Part shown: piece after piece, positions 1 to 12,509 of the stretch
Numbering within the stretch: position 1 is the first letter of the stretch
Layout of the letters: each line of letters starts with the position of its first letter
Assembly: GCF_000143415.4 (NCBI RefSeq)
Contig: NW_003314274.1
Location: 2,648,623-2,712,622, forward strand
Direction: 5' to 3'
DNA length: 64,000 nt
Origin: Selaginella moellendorffii
Lineage: Eukaryota > Plantae > Lycopodiophyta
Notes under the pieces: model-generated
Seen by the model: only the letters and a program-made list of their open reading frames with translations
What the model was told of the DNA's origin: nothing
Databases searched by the model: none
Program-made: the position numbers and the translations under genes

Positions 1-1098
1 AGAGAAACTGAGAGACAGTCTACTTCGTGATTGAGTTGAAGGAACTCAAGTTGGTTGTTTGGTTGTTGTTGCTGTTTGTGGGATTGAAACACCAGAGGAT
101 CTTCTCATAGATGGCCTGGGACACGAATGCATCCTTGCCAACACTGATTTTCAGGTGGCAGCAGCCAGAGAGCTTGCCTTCAAGCTAGACAGCCCGAGCT
201 TCAGGTTTTGAAAGAAAAAAAAGCTTGCTCTTTGCTCATGTTGTTTTCATTTCTTTAGCAGGTAGCTCAAAAAAAATTGGTTTTTTTACTTCCATACTTG
301 GTCCCGGTGGGAGTGTGAAAGCTTTTCTCTCAGATTTACCAGACATTTGCTGGGCGGGAATGATGGTACATATGCATGAGTCTTCTCACAAATGCTTTTT
401 GTGACATGGTCTATAGTTTTTCAATCTCTTTCTCTTTCTTGAGCAACTATGGCAATGCTTTCCAAAACTTATACACTTATGGCGGATACAGCATTCTTCC
501 CTGCATTGATGCTGCTATTGCCTACATCTTTGAAGATAACAGCACATAGATGATAATTTGATAACATCACTTGATATCAAATCAAAATCTGGATTTGATC
601 ATTTGTAACCTTGCCATAAGCAAACACGTCTGTTTGGGCAGACGTTTGTTATGACAATTTACTGACAATCTCATCTGAATGAATCGTCAGCCTGTGGTAA
701 CGAGAGTATTAACAATCTTCTTACTTCTCAAAATCACTGATTGCTGTCTTTTGATGATTCCAATGAAGTCGCATGGAACAACTTGATGTTTGTTACTATC
801 TGAAAGTACTGAGCTCTCCTTCACGAAGGCGCAAAAACGCAGAAAAGCGAGAGTGTTGAGGCTGATATCGTCATTAAACTTGTTTTTTATGAACGCAAGA
901 ATGCCAAGCAATCGATGCTTCGTGATTTTTTTAAAAAAAAATTGCACACATGTTTGCTCTACATAAGTACCACACGTACGTTAGTCGCCCTACCTTTCCG
1001 TCTATTCCTTTGCCTAGACTTGGATCCCAGAGGTAAGGCCACTCAAGTAAGTTTTGGTATTGCTAACTTAATACTTTCAAATTTACAGTTTCGCCCTA

Positions 1099-2805
1099 AT
1101 GGCTGATTCATCAAACACCACAACACCAGCACCATCTGCACCCACCCCCACGCCTACAACATCAAGTATTACAACAAATATAAGCAAGCCAGCGACACCA
1201 AGGTCTCGGGAGAGCAGTGAAAGTGCTGGATCAGATGGAGGTCGCCCACGGGGCTATATTGCCACAAGATTTTTCAGACCTTCTCTTGTGGATCTCTGTA
1301 TTCCGGTCATGGCTGCAAACTTCTTATGTTTCCCAACATTTGGCTATATTTCACTTGACCTTCGACCCAAAGTTGTTACCTTGCTACCGCTGGACTTGCC
1401 ACTGGACCTTGCAGCTTATGTAAGCAGTTTTACACACACTTATTGAAAGCATAAGAGATAACACGTATAATTTTTTGACGTAGCTCATATATGAAGATGA
1501 ATATTGGGAGAGAAGATCGAGGCTACACTGGAGTAATAGCGACATTGCAGCCCACGGACGCTCGTGGAAGCAGCTTTTTTTTGAGCGGTATTTCTCAGAC
1601 GCATTGGAAAGGTTGGTTTCATTGCTTGGTTGTAGAAGTTTCTTTTTTGTGCTCCTGGTACAGCTTTGATCCTACATGCTCTGAAGAGTCTGCACTCACG
1701 AACATGCTTCATATATGTGCGCAATACATTCACAATCTGATAATTTACCAGCTTCCATCTCGTTTAAACATATCTGTTTTTCTCGTTCCACTAGCCAGGT
1801 AATTCTGTCATGGTCACTTCGCCTGATATTCGAATGTTTTAATGTCCCAGTCAAATAGAGACACTAAAGATCGAGTATGGAAGCCGGAATGTGGGCATGG
1901 AGTACGATAAACTCAGGTTTGGTATGAAGACATCAGATTGTCGATCCGTGTCTGCTGCGCTAAGGGTTTCTTTAGCGCTAAGTGAACTAACGCTTTCTTA
2001 TAATTTGATTGACGATAAAAAGGTGAAGATTCTTCAAACTCTTCCGTAATTTTGCCTTACTTTTGACACTACAGGTAGAAATTCTTGTGAACGGCATGGC
2101 TGCCAATCCTACTATTGTGCATCTAGATCTTTCACACAATTATATTTCGGATGCTGGAGTCATTGAAATTATGAGACTTATGTCTGCAGATAAATCGGTT
2201 TTAACGGTTCTGAATTTGTGCAACAACTGTATAACTACGCAAGGTAGTCTTCCCTTAACAGCTAATTCATCTGAGGTGCAACTGATGCAGGTGCAATAAA
2301 CATTGCGGAAACTTTGAAAACAAACTCCGTGCTTTTGTATATAAATTTGAGACACAATTCTATCCTAGATGAAGGAGGGCAGGTTATCTTTGAGGCCTTA
2401 TATATCAACAATACTTTAGAGGTACAGTTGCTCTTACGATTCAAGCCAGTTGTCGCAATTATTGTTCCAGAGATTGAGCCTTTCCAGTTGTCAGTTAGGA
2501 GAGTTATCTGTAGCGGCCCTTACCAGACTTCTACACAATCCAAAGTCTGGACTAAATGGAGTTGATGTCTCATCAAACAAGGGGATTGGAGAGAGTGGTG
2601 GAAATGCCATTCTTGCTGCTTTGGTAAAGTTTCTAATTGTATATTACGTGACCATGATTACGTCATGGGTTTTCAGGAAGCAGGAAAAATTATGAAAGAA
2701 ATGAACCTAGAATTTTCTGGCATTGATGACAAAGTACAAATGTCCATTTCAAAGCTTTTAGCAGCTAAGTGTGTTCCAGAAGCAAAACAATACAGCTATG
2801 AATGA
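1099..2805 (+). CDS. DRC5: Dynein regulatory complex subunit 5 (TCTE1/DRC5)-like leucine-rich-repeat flagellar protein, 8 exons, 445 aa, intact
   Basis: Hand-spliced model with GT-AG introns of 47-64 nt. Exons are 1099-1419, 1484-1611, 1664-1798, 1851-2022, 2075-2243, 2291-2421, 2471-2623 and 2677-2805 (1338 nt, open frame). PSLVDLCI..LPLDLPLDLAA..EDEYWERR..HGRSWKQLFFERY and YGSRNVGMEYDKLRFGM match TCTE1/DRC5 as I recall it. RNI-type LRRs follow (LDLSHNYISDAG, LNLCNNCIT, INLRHNSILDEGG). Confidence 0.88.
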
Positions 2806-3161
2806 AGCACTACGACAAAAATTTAGCATTTGCCAAACTAGACATCACAAAATTTAGAGCAGTATGAGGCCAAGTCAAGCTCATTGTGGTGCAGTAGCAA
2901 CTTGGAACTGCATAGCCTCTTAACCACATATTCTAAAAGCATAGATAAATTCATTCAAGACATATGTCTACAAGTAGCAATAACGACCTCGTTGAAATAA
3001 TCTAAATCAGCTTACAGATGTTATTGACGCTTCACACTGGCGCTGCTACATGCGAGCAGAAGCACTAATGTTAACAACTTTGCCCCCAGCTGAAAAAGGG
3101 ATCAGGATGGTATGGAAATTCACCCTAAACAATACAGAGTAATCTAAAAACCTGAAGGTTA

Positions 3162-3316
3162 ACCCCAAGCTACCTCAAAAACTCCACTGTGCTGCCACTG
3201 CAACTGTAAGCCCGTAATATAGATTAAATCCTTACCCTCCTAAGTCTATGCCTGAATATACCCTTGAGCTTACCTTTGACCCGCGTTGACCACGTGGTCA
3301 AAGATGGCTCCTAACA
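3162..3316 (-). mobile_element. Degenerate partial copy of the short (~220 bp) family-C LTR
   Basis: Aligns by eye to the right part of 3715-3934 (tacctcaaaa..ctccact..aatatacccttgag..gttgacca..gtggtcaaag..cctaaca). Confidence 0.7.
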
Positions 3317-3714
3317 ATTAAGGCTGTCACATCAATGCTCCAGAAAATCTCAAAACCTGGTCTTTGAGCATGCCATTCTATTGTTGAGATTGCAGAAGTC
3401 CACAAAGATCCCAACGTTCCCGTTTGGGTCAAACTATGTTGCTCACCCACTTAGCTGTTTGGGCAGGGACAATAAAGTTGCAACCAGCAACTTTTAAAGT
3501 CTTCTTAAAGAGAATTGTGGCAATGACGCGTTCTTTGGAAAATTGGCTTGGGCTGGTCTACATACTTCATCTCATTGTGGATGACGTCCATAGGAATGCC
3601 AGGAAGCTGAGAGCTCCTGTGCAGAGATGCAACCTATCTACATTGTAGGTAGAAAGGAAATTCCTGATGGAGAACGGATCAATGCCAATGTAAAGAAAAA
3701 CATGCTTGCACTTG

Positions 3715-3934
3715 TGTTATAATCCAGCGCGAAAAGTCTTCTTAGACTACACTATACCTCCTCTTGAGGTTCCTCACCACCCAACCACCCCCGATCTACC
3801 TCAAAAGCTCCACTACGCCGCCGCTCCACTGTGAGCCCTAGGGTAGGTTAGTCCTTTACCTTAACATGCCTTAATATACCCTTGAGTCTAGTTTTGACCA
3901 ATGTTGACCATGTGGTCAAAGCTGGCACCTAACA
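3715..3934 (-). mobile_element. 3' LTR (family C, 220 bp) of a minus-strand Ty3/gypsy element
   Basis: TGTTA...TAACA termini. Immediately followed by attcttccccccc, the reverse complement of a PPT, and then integrase C-terminal remnants. Confidence 0.8.
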
Positions 3935-3969
3935 ATTCTTCCCCCCCAACAAAGTTCTTGTCCCAAGGA

Positions 3970-6310
3970 CGAGTTGTACCGGTGATCACCCTTTTTGGGG
4001 AACCCTACTCAAGCTCCTGGTCCATCTTCCACAGCCGTATACATCAAGGAGGCATTGGGCCCATCACTCCGAGATATTACACCTTTCAACTGGCTGAAAT
4101 AAAATACCGGATGAATTTTCACCCCAGCGGCAGCTGCACCCAATAAGCTGCTTTACCAATACACTCCAGCACTTTATATGAACCAGCATATTGATGGGAA
4201 AGTTTCTCACTTTTCCCTATCCATAAAGGCACTAATGTGTTCCATCTCTCACTTGATGGAAAAATCACTCGCACAAAGATAAGATCACCCACCTTATATT
4301 CTTGGAAATGGCGATGCTCATTAGCAAATTTCTCTGCTCTATCCTAAGCTACCTACAAATTCCGTTTGCACACCACCAGAATCTCATCAAGTTCTGTGGC
4401 TAGATCAGTTGCCTCTGAATCAAGCTTATCTTGAACATCCTTACTCAAATGAAATCCCAACTCCACCGCTGTTTGGGGATGCCTTCCAAACATGGCAAAG
4501 TAAGGAGTTAGTTTTGTTCATCTGTGTTGGCTATTGTTGTAAGCAAATTGCATCAATGGAAGATATAAATCCCATTGTCCTTGCCTTTAACCAATGTTAT
4601 AATGTAGCATATCCTCCACCACATGATTCACATGCTCGGTTTGCCCATTCGTTTGAGGATGATCTTCACTTGAGAGTTTCAAAGTCACTTGCATAGCGTT
4701 TGCAAAGCTCTTCCAAAATCCACTTGTGAACTTTGAATTTTGATCACTAATGATGTCCTCCGGCAAACTAAAATCAGGTAAAACCTTGTCCAAGTAGACC
4801 GCAGCTAAGTCAAGGCAGTGATAGTCTTCCAAAGAGCGAACAACCACACATACTTCATCAACCGATCCACTATGACCCATATTTGCTCCTTTTGCCTCAG
4901 TGTTCATGGCAAACTAGTGATGAATTCTATAGAGATACTATACCAATGGCTCTAAGGAATAGGTAAAGGTTGCAAAAGTCCTTCATATTCCTCCAATAAA
5001 AATTGTGCTTAATCAACTCATACATCTTCTTCCCCCCAAAATGACCGGCCTCTAGACGATCATGATAGTGGAATAAAACTTGAGTAATTAACACATCCAC
5101 CCGTGGCAAATAGACACGGCCATTGTAGTAGAGAATCCCATCCACCAATGAGAAAGGGGCTTCCATTTAATCTTGCAAATAGGCCACCTCAGCATTCTGA
5201 GCTTGAGCACGCTCAATCAACTGCTCAAACTTGCTGACCACCTTACTCAAATGATGACAAAACCATGTTTGTAATGCCGTCACATTAAGAACACAAGATA
5301 AAGCATCCGCTACCACATTTGATTTTCCCAGATGATGCTTAATAGGAAATTACCTAAACTCCATGAGTTTGACCATCCAACAAGCTTGCCTAGTATTCAA
5401 CTCTTTCCGTGTGAAAAGATACACAAGTGGTTTGTGATCCATCAACATTATGAACACTGCACCATAAAGATAGTGCCGCCATGTCTGCAAAGCATAAACA
5501 ATAGAGAGTAACTCTTGCTCATATGTGGAATAGCGTTGCTCTAAGGGATTCAAAATTTGACTCTCATATGCAATAAGCTGTCCCTCTTGCATGAGAATTC
5601 CTTCCAGTGCATAATCACTTGCATTGCATGTCACTTTGTAAGGTTTCGATGGATCAACAATGCGAAGCATTGGAGCCTCACTCAACAATCGTTTCAGTGC
5701 CACAAAACTCTCCTCTTATGGCTTCTTCCACTCGAATAGCATATTCTTGCATAACAACTGTATCAAAGGAATAGCCACCTCTACAAACTTATGTTGAAAA
5801 CGTCAGTAGTAACTAGCCATTCCAAGGAAATTGCATAACTCGGCCACTATAGTTGGTGTAGGTCAGTTCTCCACCACAGCCACCTTCCTTGGATCTATCT
5901 TGACACCCTTAGATGTCACAATATGGCCTAAATATTCCACCTCTGACTTTGCAAATTCATATTTGCTCTTTTTTGCATAAAATTTGCTGTCATGGAGTAA
6001 CAAAAGAACCTTGCGCAAATGCACCTTATGGTCCTCTATATTCTTGTTGAAAACAAGAATATTATCCAAGAAAATCTCCACAAACTCATGAAAATAACAC
6101 CTAAATACCTCAGTCATCAACTGAGTAAATGTGGCTAGTGCATTCGTCAAACCAAATGGCATAATTGTAAATTCGAAATGTTCTAAGCTTGTGTTGAATA
6201 CCGTTTTAGAAATAAATGCATCATCCATTGCAATCTGATAATATCCACTCCTCATATCAATCTTGGTAAACACTCGTGCTTCACCAAGCTTGTCTAGGAT
6301 ATCATCCATG
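3970..6310 (-). pseudogene. Ty3/gypsy pol pseudogene (RT-RNaseH-integrase), 5'-truncated
   Basis: ORF pieces: FTKIDMRSGYYQI, MPFGLTNA, FLDNILVF (RT); DASDY-like, YSTYEQELL, DHKPL (RNase H); H..GHFG, IISDQNSKFTS, HPQTNGQTE (integrase). Multiple stops and frameshifts. Confidence 0.92.
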
Positions 6311-9300
6311 GTATCGGCATCTTATCATTCACTAAGTACCAATCCTAGTTTTCTTAAAGCAACTACAAAAAGCTTCAGGTACTGGGTTTTAATTTCATCT
6401 TCAAGATCTATCTCTGAAGAAGGTCTTCAATATATTCTCCATGAATTTGAAGTGTCAACATTTGGTGATCAAGCTTGATGGTTGTTAATCAAATCTAGTC
6501 AATCACCCTCCATATTAATCATATACGGTTGAGATAGTTTTCCTCCAAAACTGAGTTAAATCCAAGTTCCTTGACACCCCACGAACTACAAATGTACACC
6601 AATAATAATTCATCATTATTACCTTTTTTTTTAAAGAATGATGTTTATCCATATATTTGTACCACCTGATAAACCAGTATTATCGGATAGGAACCACCAA
6701 GGTCACTATCATTAGAAAACATAGGATTCACTATCCAATAAAATTCAATAGCAAGTATATCATCAAGTAAACTCAATGAGAAAACTTAACTACCGAAGAT
6801 TGTAGACAGTATGTTAAACAACTTACCAAACATAACTCAAAGAACACAAAGTATCCTTAACTGATAAGCACAATGCTCGCGAATGTATCACTCGAAGGAA
6901 ATAACATCCTAATCTATTAGAACTAACTTGAGCAACAATCAACATAACCGAATGAATGTGGTAAGACCAACAAACACTTAGTCATACCAATCATCACACA
7001 AGCTAATCTAAATAAATCCCGGTCAACAATATGAAGAAACTCAAGTTGCTTTAGCAAGCGTTAGCAACATTCTGCTGATGTCTCAAACCCAAGAGACCAA
7101 TCCAAAGCAAACCACAAAGAACATGTGGTATTGCGAAAAGCCATAAGCCATCAAAGAGAACAATTAACCATCATGAAAGATCATTAATCATCCCATCAAT
7201 AAAGAGATGCATAATCATTATCGAAGAATGAATCCACCATCCTGAAGAATAGCAAACCATTCTATATTAATAATAATCAAACAAAACCTTTAACAAGGAT
7301 AATTAACTATCCTAGATAATAGTCAATCATCATCAATAATTTCCAGATGTAAATACTAATTTCAATATTAAAGCTAATGAGCTGAAATGCCTTCCCTCAA
7401 CAACTTCTAACAAGTGGAACAATGAGCATACAAAACTCAAAGAACCAAAAGCTTAAAGAAGCCTATAGCTAAGTCTTGCCTAACAATGATCACAAGTTTC
7501 AGATGAATTAACTTCAATGTTAAAGAAGAAATCATAGCACAATCCATAATATCCTCCTCAACACATAAGCTACACTTCATAATGCAAATCTAATGAAGAG
7601 CATATTTGCATCAATCCAAAAGCGAAACACAATGAAGTTATGCCTAACAAGTGAACACTAAACGATCCTCCATGAATTCATTTATAGCAAGACGTAACTC
7701 ACTTCATAACAAGCCCAAGAGAAATCATCAATGATTAATATATCCCAACTAAAATTTAATAAAGACTCAGCATCTTCAATATCGATCACTAACTCTTCCT
7801 CTTATAAAGTTAGCATAGTCCACGATTGAATCACTTTTCAAGGAAAAGCTAAAGCTCAACCTCTACTAAATAATCTCGTCTAAAACGCAACTAACTCAAA
7901 TTGGCCACTCAGCTCATTCAAACGCCGACATAGTTGCTAACTAGCAAATGCATGAATACTAATAACACAAAGCCATAGCCAAATCATCAACACTATTTTC
8001 ATCAAGACTAATGAAATTCAATATCAATCCTACAGAGAGACATTTCATTTCACTCAAATCTCAACATTAACAATGTCAACGACAAGACATCATTTCAATG
8101 CCATCAACACCATGAAGAAAGCAAGAGTGAATCACCACCCAAACTCTTTACCAACTAAGCTAACCAATGTCGAAGATACTTTAATCAATATCCGAGACTA
8201 AACCTTCAGCAATACTGAGTTTCAGATAACACATCATCAATGAGTGAATCACCACATCCAAGATTCAATGAAATCTAACACTACGGATTTAACGTAACCA
8301 AATGATATCAACAGAGGTAGAGTTAATATGCTAACATGGAAAACCTATGTAGGTCTAACAACACGATCCTCCACAACACTAACCGGTAAAGCAAGCCCAT
8401 CGCTATAAAATCATTATTGAGCAAAGCAAGTGTCAATAGTTTTTGACGAAGTCTACAAGTAATCATTAGTCGCAAAGCAATTAACAATCACTCCTCAACT
8501 TGCCTTCACAAAACCCAAACACCAACTCTTGTCATCAAGTTATATACTTGTCCAACATGAACATGATACCCCAAGTATGAGATAAAAGTTTATAGACAAG
8601 CACAAACGAAATGACAACTCAAATCCAACTCAACCGCAATAAGCTCACTAAAACATTTAGCCACTAGCTCTAAGCAAGCCTTGAAGAGGTTAGCTATGCA
8701 ATCAACACTCAGTCAAAACTAAAGTGAAAACCATGAGATGGACTCATATCGGTACACAACTTCCTCATAGACAAAGCTATAGTATGGGTACCAATAGCTC
8801 AACCTCAAACAACTTCACCATCCTCAACCAAGGCGCATGGATACCAAGACCAAGTCAAAATTAGTGAAAGCTCACTACTCTCATAGAGTTTAACAAAATG
8901 CAAGGTGCAACCTACCACCAAGCACGACGCTACAAAAGAAAGGCACAAGGGTCACCCTTCTTAGAAAAGCGCAATGGCCACTTTTCTATATCAACTCCAG
9001 ACTCTATCCAACTCAATTGCCTTAGCCCCAAATGTTAGCATCCCTTTCGGGTTGCATTATACAAACTACCTACTAAAGTTTAAGCCAACCAAAATCAACT
9101 CCAACCCTTTCACTAGTTTGTATTAGCTTACAAAAATAGATTGATTTTTGAGCAAAGTGGTTAACAAATCAGCCATTGGAAAAGCCTAAGAAAATTTGTG
9201 GAAAATTTTTTCCATCCTAGAAAAAGAATGACTCTTAGTAAAGGAATGCAAACTTTTAAAACTCTACCAATTTTTTCCTACCAACAACTTCACATAGGTT

Positions 9301-9664
9301 CACCTCAACACAAATTCTTATGACCCACAGTATGCTTAAGCATCGAACATCTTTGCCCATTTTTCCAACATCCAACACCGACATCCGCAAAATGCAAAAT
9401 AAACATCCAAGGCTTGATCACACAAACCATATCTTTGGATATCTATATTGCACTAACATTCTATATAGACAACTTTCAAGATCCAATGTGAAGCCAAAAC
9501 ATTAACAAAAAAAATGACATAGAAAATTAAGGTCCAAGGAAAATTCCTCATCACTTGAAATAATAATACCACTTCCACTAACACAAGTGCTAGCAATGTT
9601 AATGCCTCAATTGCGCACCTTCTCCATCCAATAATCTTCTCCAAGTGCTAACGAATAAACCAAC

Positions 9665-11210
9665 TGTGAGACACAAAATCCCTAAGCCCCAAAGTGGAGC
9701 CGGAAGGGCGCCATGTGGTAGTGGCCGAAGCAAAAGCCAACGAGCGTAACACGTTTGGACTAAAAGCTCCAACTTGAAAGGTCGAGAGCGGGAGTGGAAC
9801 TCCCAACAAAGTGTTCGAGGAACAAGCACGAAGCGAGCAATAAGCGAGGCTCCAAAAAGGGACCCAAAAGGACCAACATATGACACGTGGAGGAGTCCGA
9901 GATGGAGTCCGAGATGTACCGAGATGGAGTCTGAGATGGACAAAGATGGAGTCCGAGATGGAGTTCGAGATGGACCGAGATGGAGTCCGAGATGGACCTG
10001 AGATAGAGTCCGAGATGGACTCGAGATGGAGTCTGAGATGGACTGAGATAGAGTCTGAGATGGACCCGAGATGGAGTCTGAGAAGGACCCGAGATGGAGT
10101 CCGAGGTCGAGACCGAGACTGGGACTGAGACCGGGACCGAGACCGAGACCGAGACTGAGATCAGGACCGAGACCGAGCCCGAGTCCAAGTCCGAGTCCGA
10201 GTCTGAGTTCGAGTCTGAGAGGGTGAAAGCCCAAAGTGTTCGTCTCCCAAACCCTGGGGTGTTTGGTGAGCTCCAAAAGTATAGTAGGGGGAGGACTGCA
10301 GTGGAGCCAGTTTGACCAGGAAAGGCCAGTTTGGCCCAAGAAGGCCAAACCCAGTGTTGGGTGATGAACTGACCTCTGGGAAGTCCAAGACTAAAGTGAA
10401 TACGGACCGACAAGCCGGGTAACTTGGTGAAGTGTTCAAGAGTCAGCTCTAGTTCCCCTAGGAGATCGAATGGCCGATGCTCCCAGTCCAAGTGTGGGTG
10501 GCACTACCTGCTTGGATACTAGGCGTGGCTTAACGGAACCTCGCTCTAAGCCCATGGCTAGAGCATCTAAAGGCGGAAGGTGGGGAGAGTACCCACGGGG
10601 CTCGCATAGGCCCACAGTGTTCCAAAATGTTGTCCCGGAGTCCCAAATGGGGGAAAGGAGGAGTAGTCCTCTAGTGTAATGACTAAGGATACAGTCACAT
10701 GGTGAGGAAGTTCCAGAGGATCATGGGACTTAGTGGTCGGGTCCGTGGGCCTTGATCCAGTGTCAGTGTTGGCAAATATGGCTAAGGACAAAAAGGGACT
10801 TGGTGGAGACTGGAATGGAGATAATGAGGAAGGCTATTCCCCATGTCTGCGGGCATCCTAAGGATGCTAAGGAGTGGATCTGTGATGATCACTCATGGGT
10901 GAATGGCCTAGTCTTGGAGAGACGGGATTGCAATGCAGGTGGTGTTAGACCACTGATATGACCAAGGTGAATGAGTGTGGCCTAGCTTAACGGGTTCATA
11001 TGTCGGTGGTACCTTGGGGTGTCGGTCTTGGGACCGGACACGTGGAGCACTTGGACTAAGTGCAAGGGATGAGTGGCATGGATGCCATCCTCGGGGTTAG
11101 CAAGTCCCAAGTCCGGAATTGGACTTAAGGAGGTTGTGAATGAGACTCCTCCAAGTGGTCAAAGGTGTGGTTAAGTGACTAAAGTAGGATGGAAAAATTA
11201 GAAGCTTACA
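9665..11210 (+). mobile_element. Solo LTR, family B (1546 bp), with 5-bp TSD CCAAC
   Basis: TGTGAG...CTTACA termini. CCAAC at 9660-9664 and 11211-11215. Homologous to 23800-25405 and 62915-64000. Confidence 0.92.
9892..10218. repeat. Tandem 11-12-mer (GAGATGGAGTCC/GAGATGGACCC) and 6-mer (GAGACC, GAGTCC) arrays inside LTR B
   Basis: Read directly from the sequence. The same arrays, with different copy numbers, occur at ~24028-24400 and ~63146-63585. Confidence 0.95.
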
Positions 11211-12509
11211 CCAACAAGCTATAACAAGTGAATGCTATAACCCTTTCCTAATGGGCAAACTCAAGGAATTAAGGAACTAACTTAAGCTTAGCATAATGGA
11301 TCATTATTGAGAATCCAGTCAAAGCTACTACAATGCTACTTATTGCAAGTAGACTAACTTCTCCATCAACCACTTTGGGGTTGATCATCATTTAACCAAG
11401 CAACTTCGTAAACACGTTACTCACAGTCAAATGGATATGATATGAGTATCACAAGACTTGATCATCAATCAAGCAACACCACGAGCAATGCCAATGTCAT
11501 TACATCAAAAGTTTATGTGACTATCAAGTGCTAACCCAATTCGACAAAATGCAACATAAATGCCACACTCCACCAATAGAGACTTACAAAACCCAATACC
11601 ATTAACTTTTATTCATAACACGGACAAGCTCATGCCACTCTCTTTCTGACCAAACTCAAAACTAATCCAACACTAAGTTACTCAAGGAGCAATAACAAAG
11701 TTCTCTAGAAAAGAATTGAGCATTGCAACCTAGGTCTTCAATAGCAAACTTAGACAAAATGGTTTAGCAGTTCATCACTATCCATCCCATAACTCACCAC
11801 TTGTAAGACCACCATAACCAACATGCATCAAGGTAGGGACTCTTGATTGCATAATGTGAACACGAGCAATGAGTTAACTCTTTGTTGCAAATTATTTCTT
11901 CAAAAAGAGAAAATGATTTACGTGTTTGATCCTTTGTCCCTAACGACTCTCTTTTCAATCTCATCCTTGACTAAACTTCAAGCTTGTGTTTGCACTGCTT
12001 TCAATTCAATCCAAGAAAACTTTATGAGAGAGCACAGCAATGACTATTAGCACCAATGCCATGCTAAATAGCTATGGACTAGCTTATTTGCCACTCATAG
12101 TAAACCCATAGGACCTTCAACTCACGGAACAAGGAACAACTCATGAAACCATCGACAGGCTAACATTAATCTTGCCAACTCAAAGTGCAACCTTGAGTTG
12201 CTAATGTGCCTCTCTCACGAGCCCAAGCGCAAACTCGTGCTAATATGCCTTACTTATAAGCCCAAGTGCAAACTCGTGCAAATGGAACAACTCAATCCCT
12301 TTTATGAGCCCAAGCGCAAGCTCACATAGTATGGAACAAAAAGGTAACCAAATCCGTACCCAAGGAAGCATTGCGAAGCCTTTGCACCCAAATGTGTACC
12401 CACTTGGATCATTGTTTTTATCTCTACATATGCAACGAGACTGGTTGCCCAATCTCATTGGATAGTACTCACTAAGATGTATCCTCTAATACCCTAAACC
12501 CTAAACCCG

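Larger units (their letters stand above)
6640..12491 (-). mobile_element. Family-A non-autonomous LTR element internal region, interrupted by solo LTR B at 9665-11210; ends at the PBS
   Basis: Colinear by eye with ~37990-42336. Ends in ctctaatacc, the reverse complement of an initiator-Met PBS. No long ORF. Confidence 0.8.

Noticed and set aside
1-260. Coding-looking stretch at the window start
   Set aside because: There are stops in the candidate frames and no recognisable motif, so it cannot be supported without upstream sequence.
3340-3710. Possible gene fragment between the two family-C LTR pieces
   Set aside because: No consistent frame and no recognisable domain.
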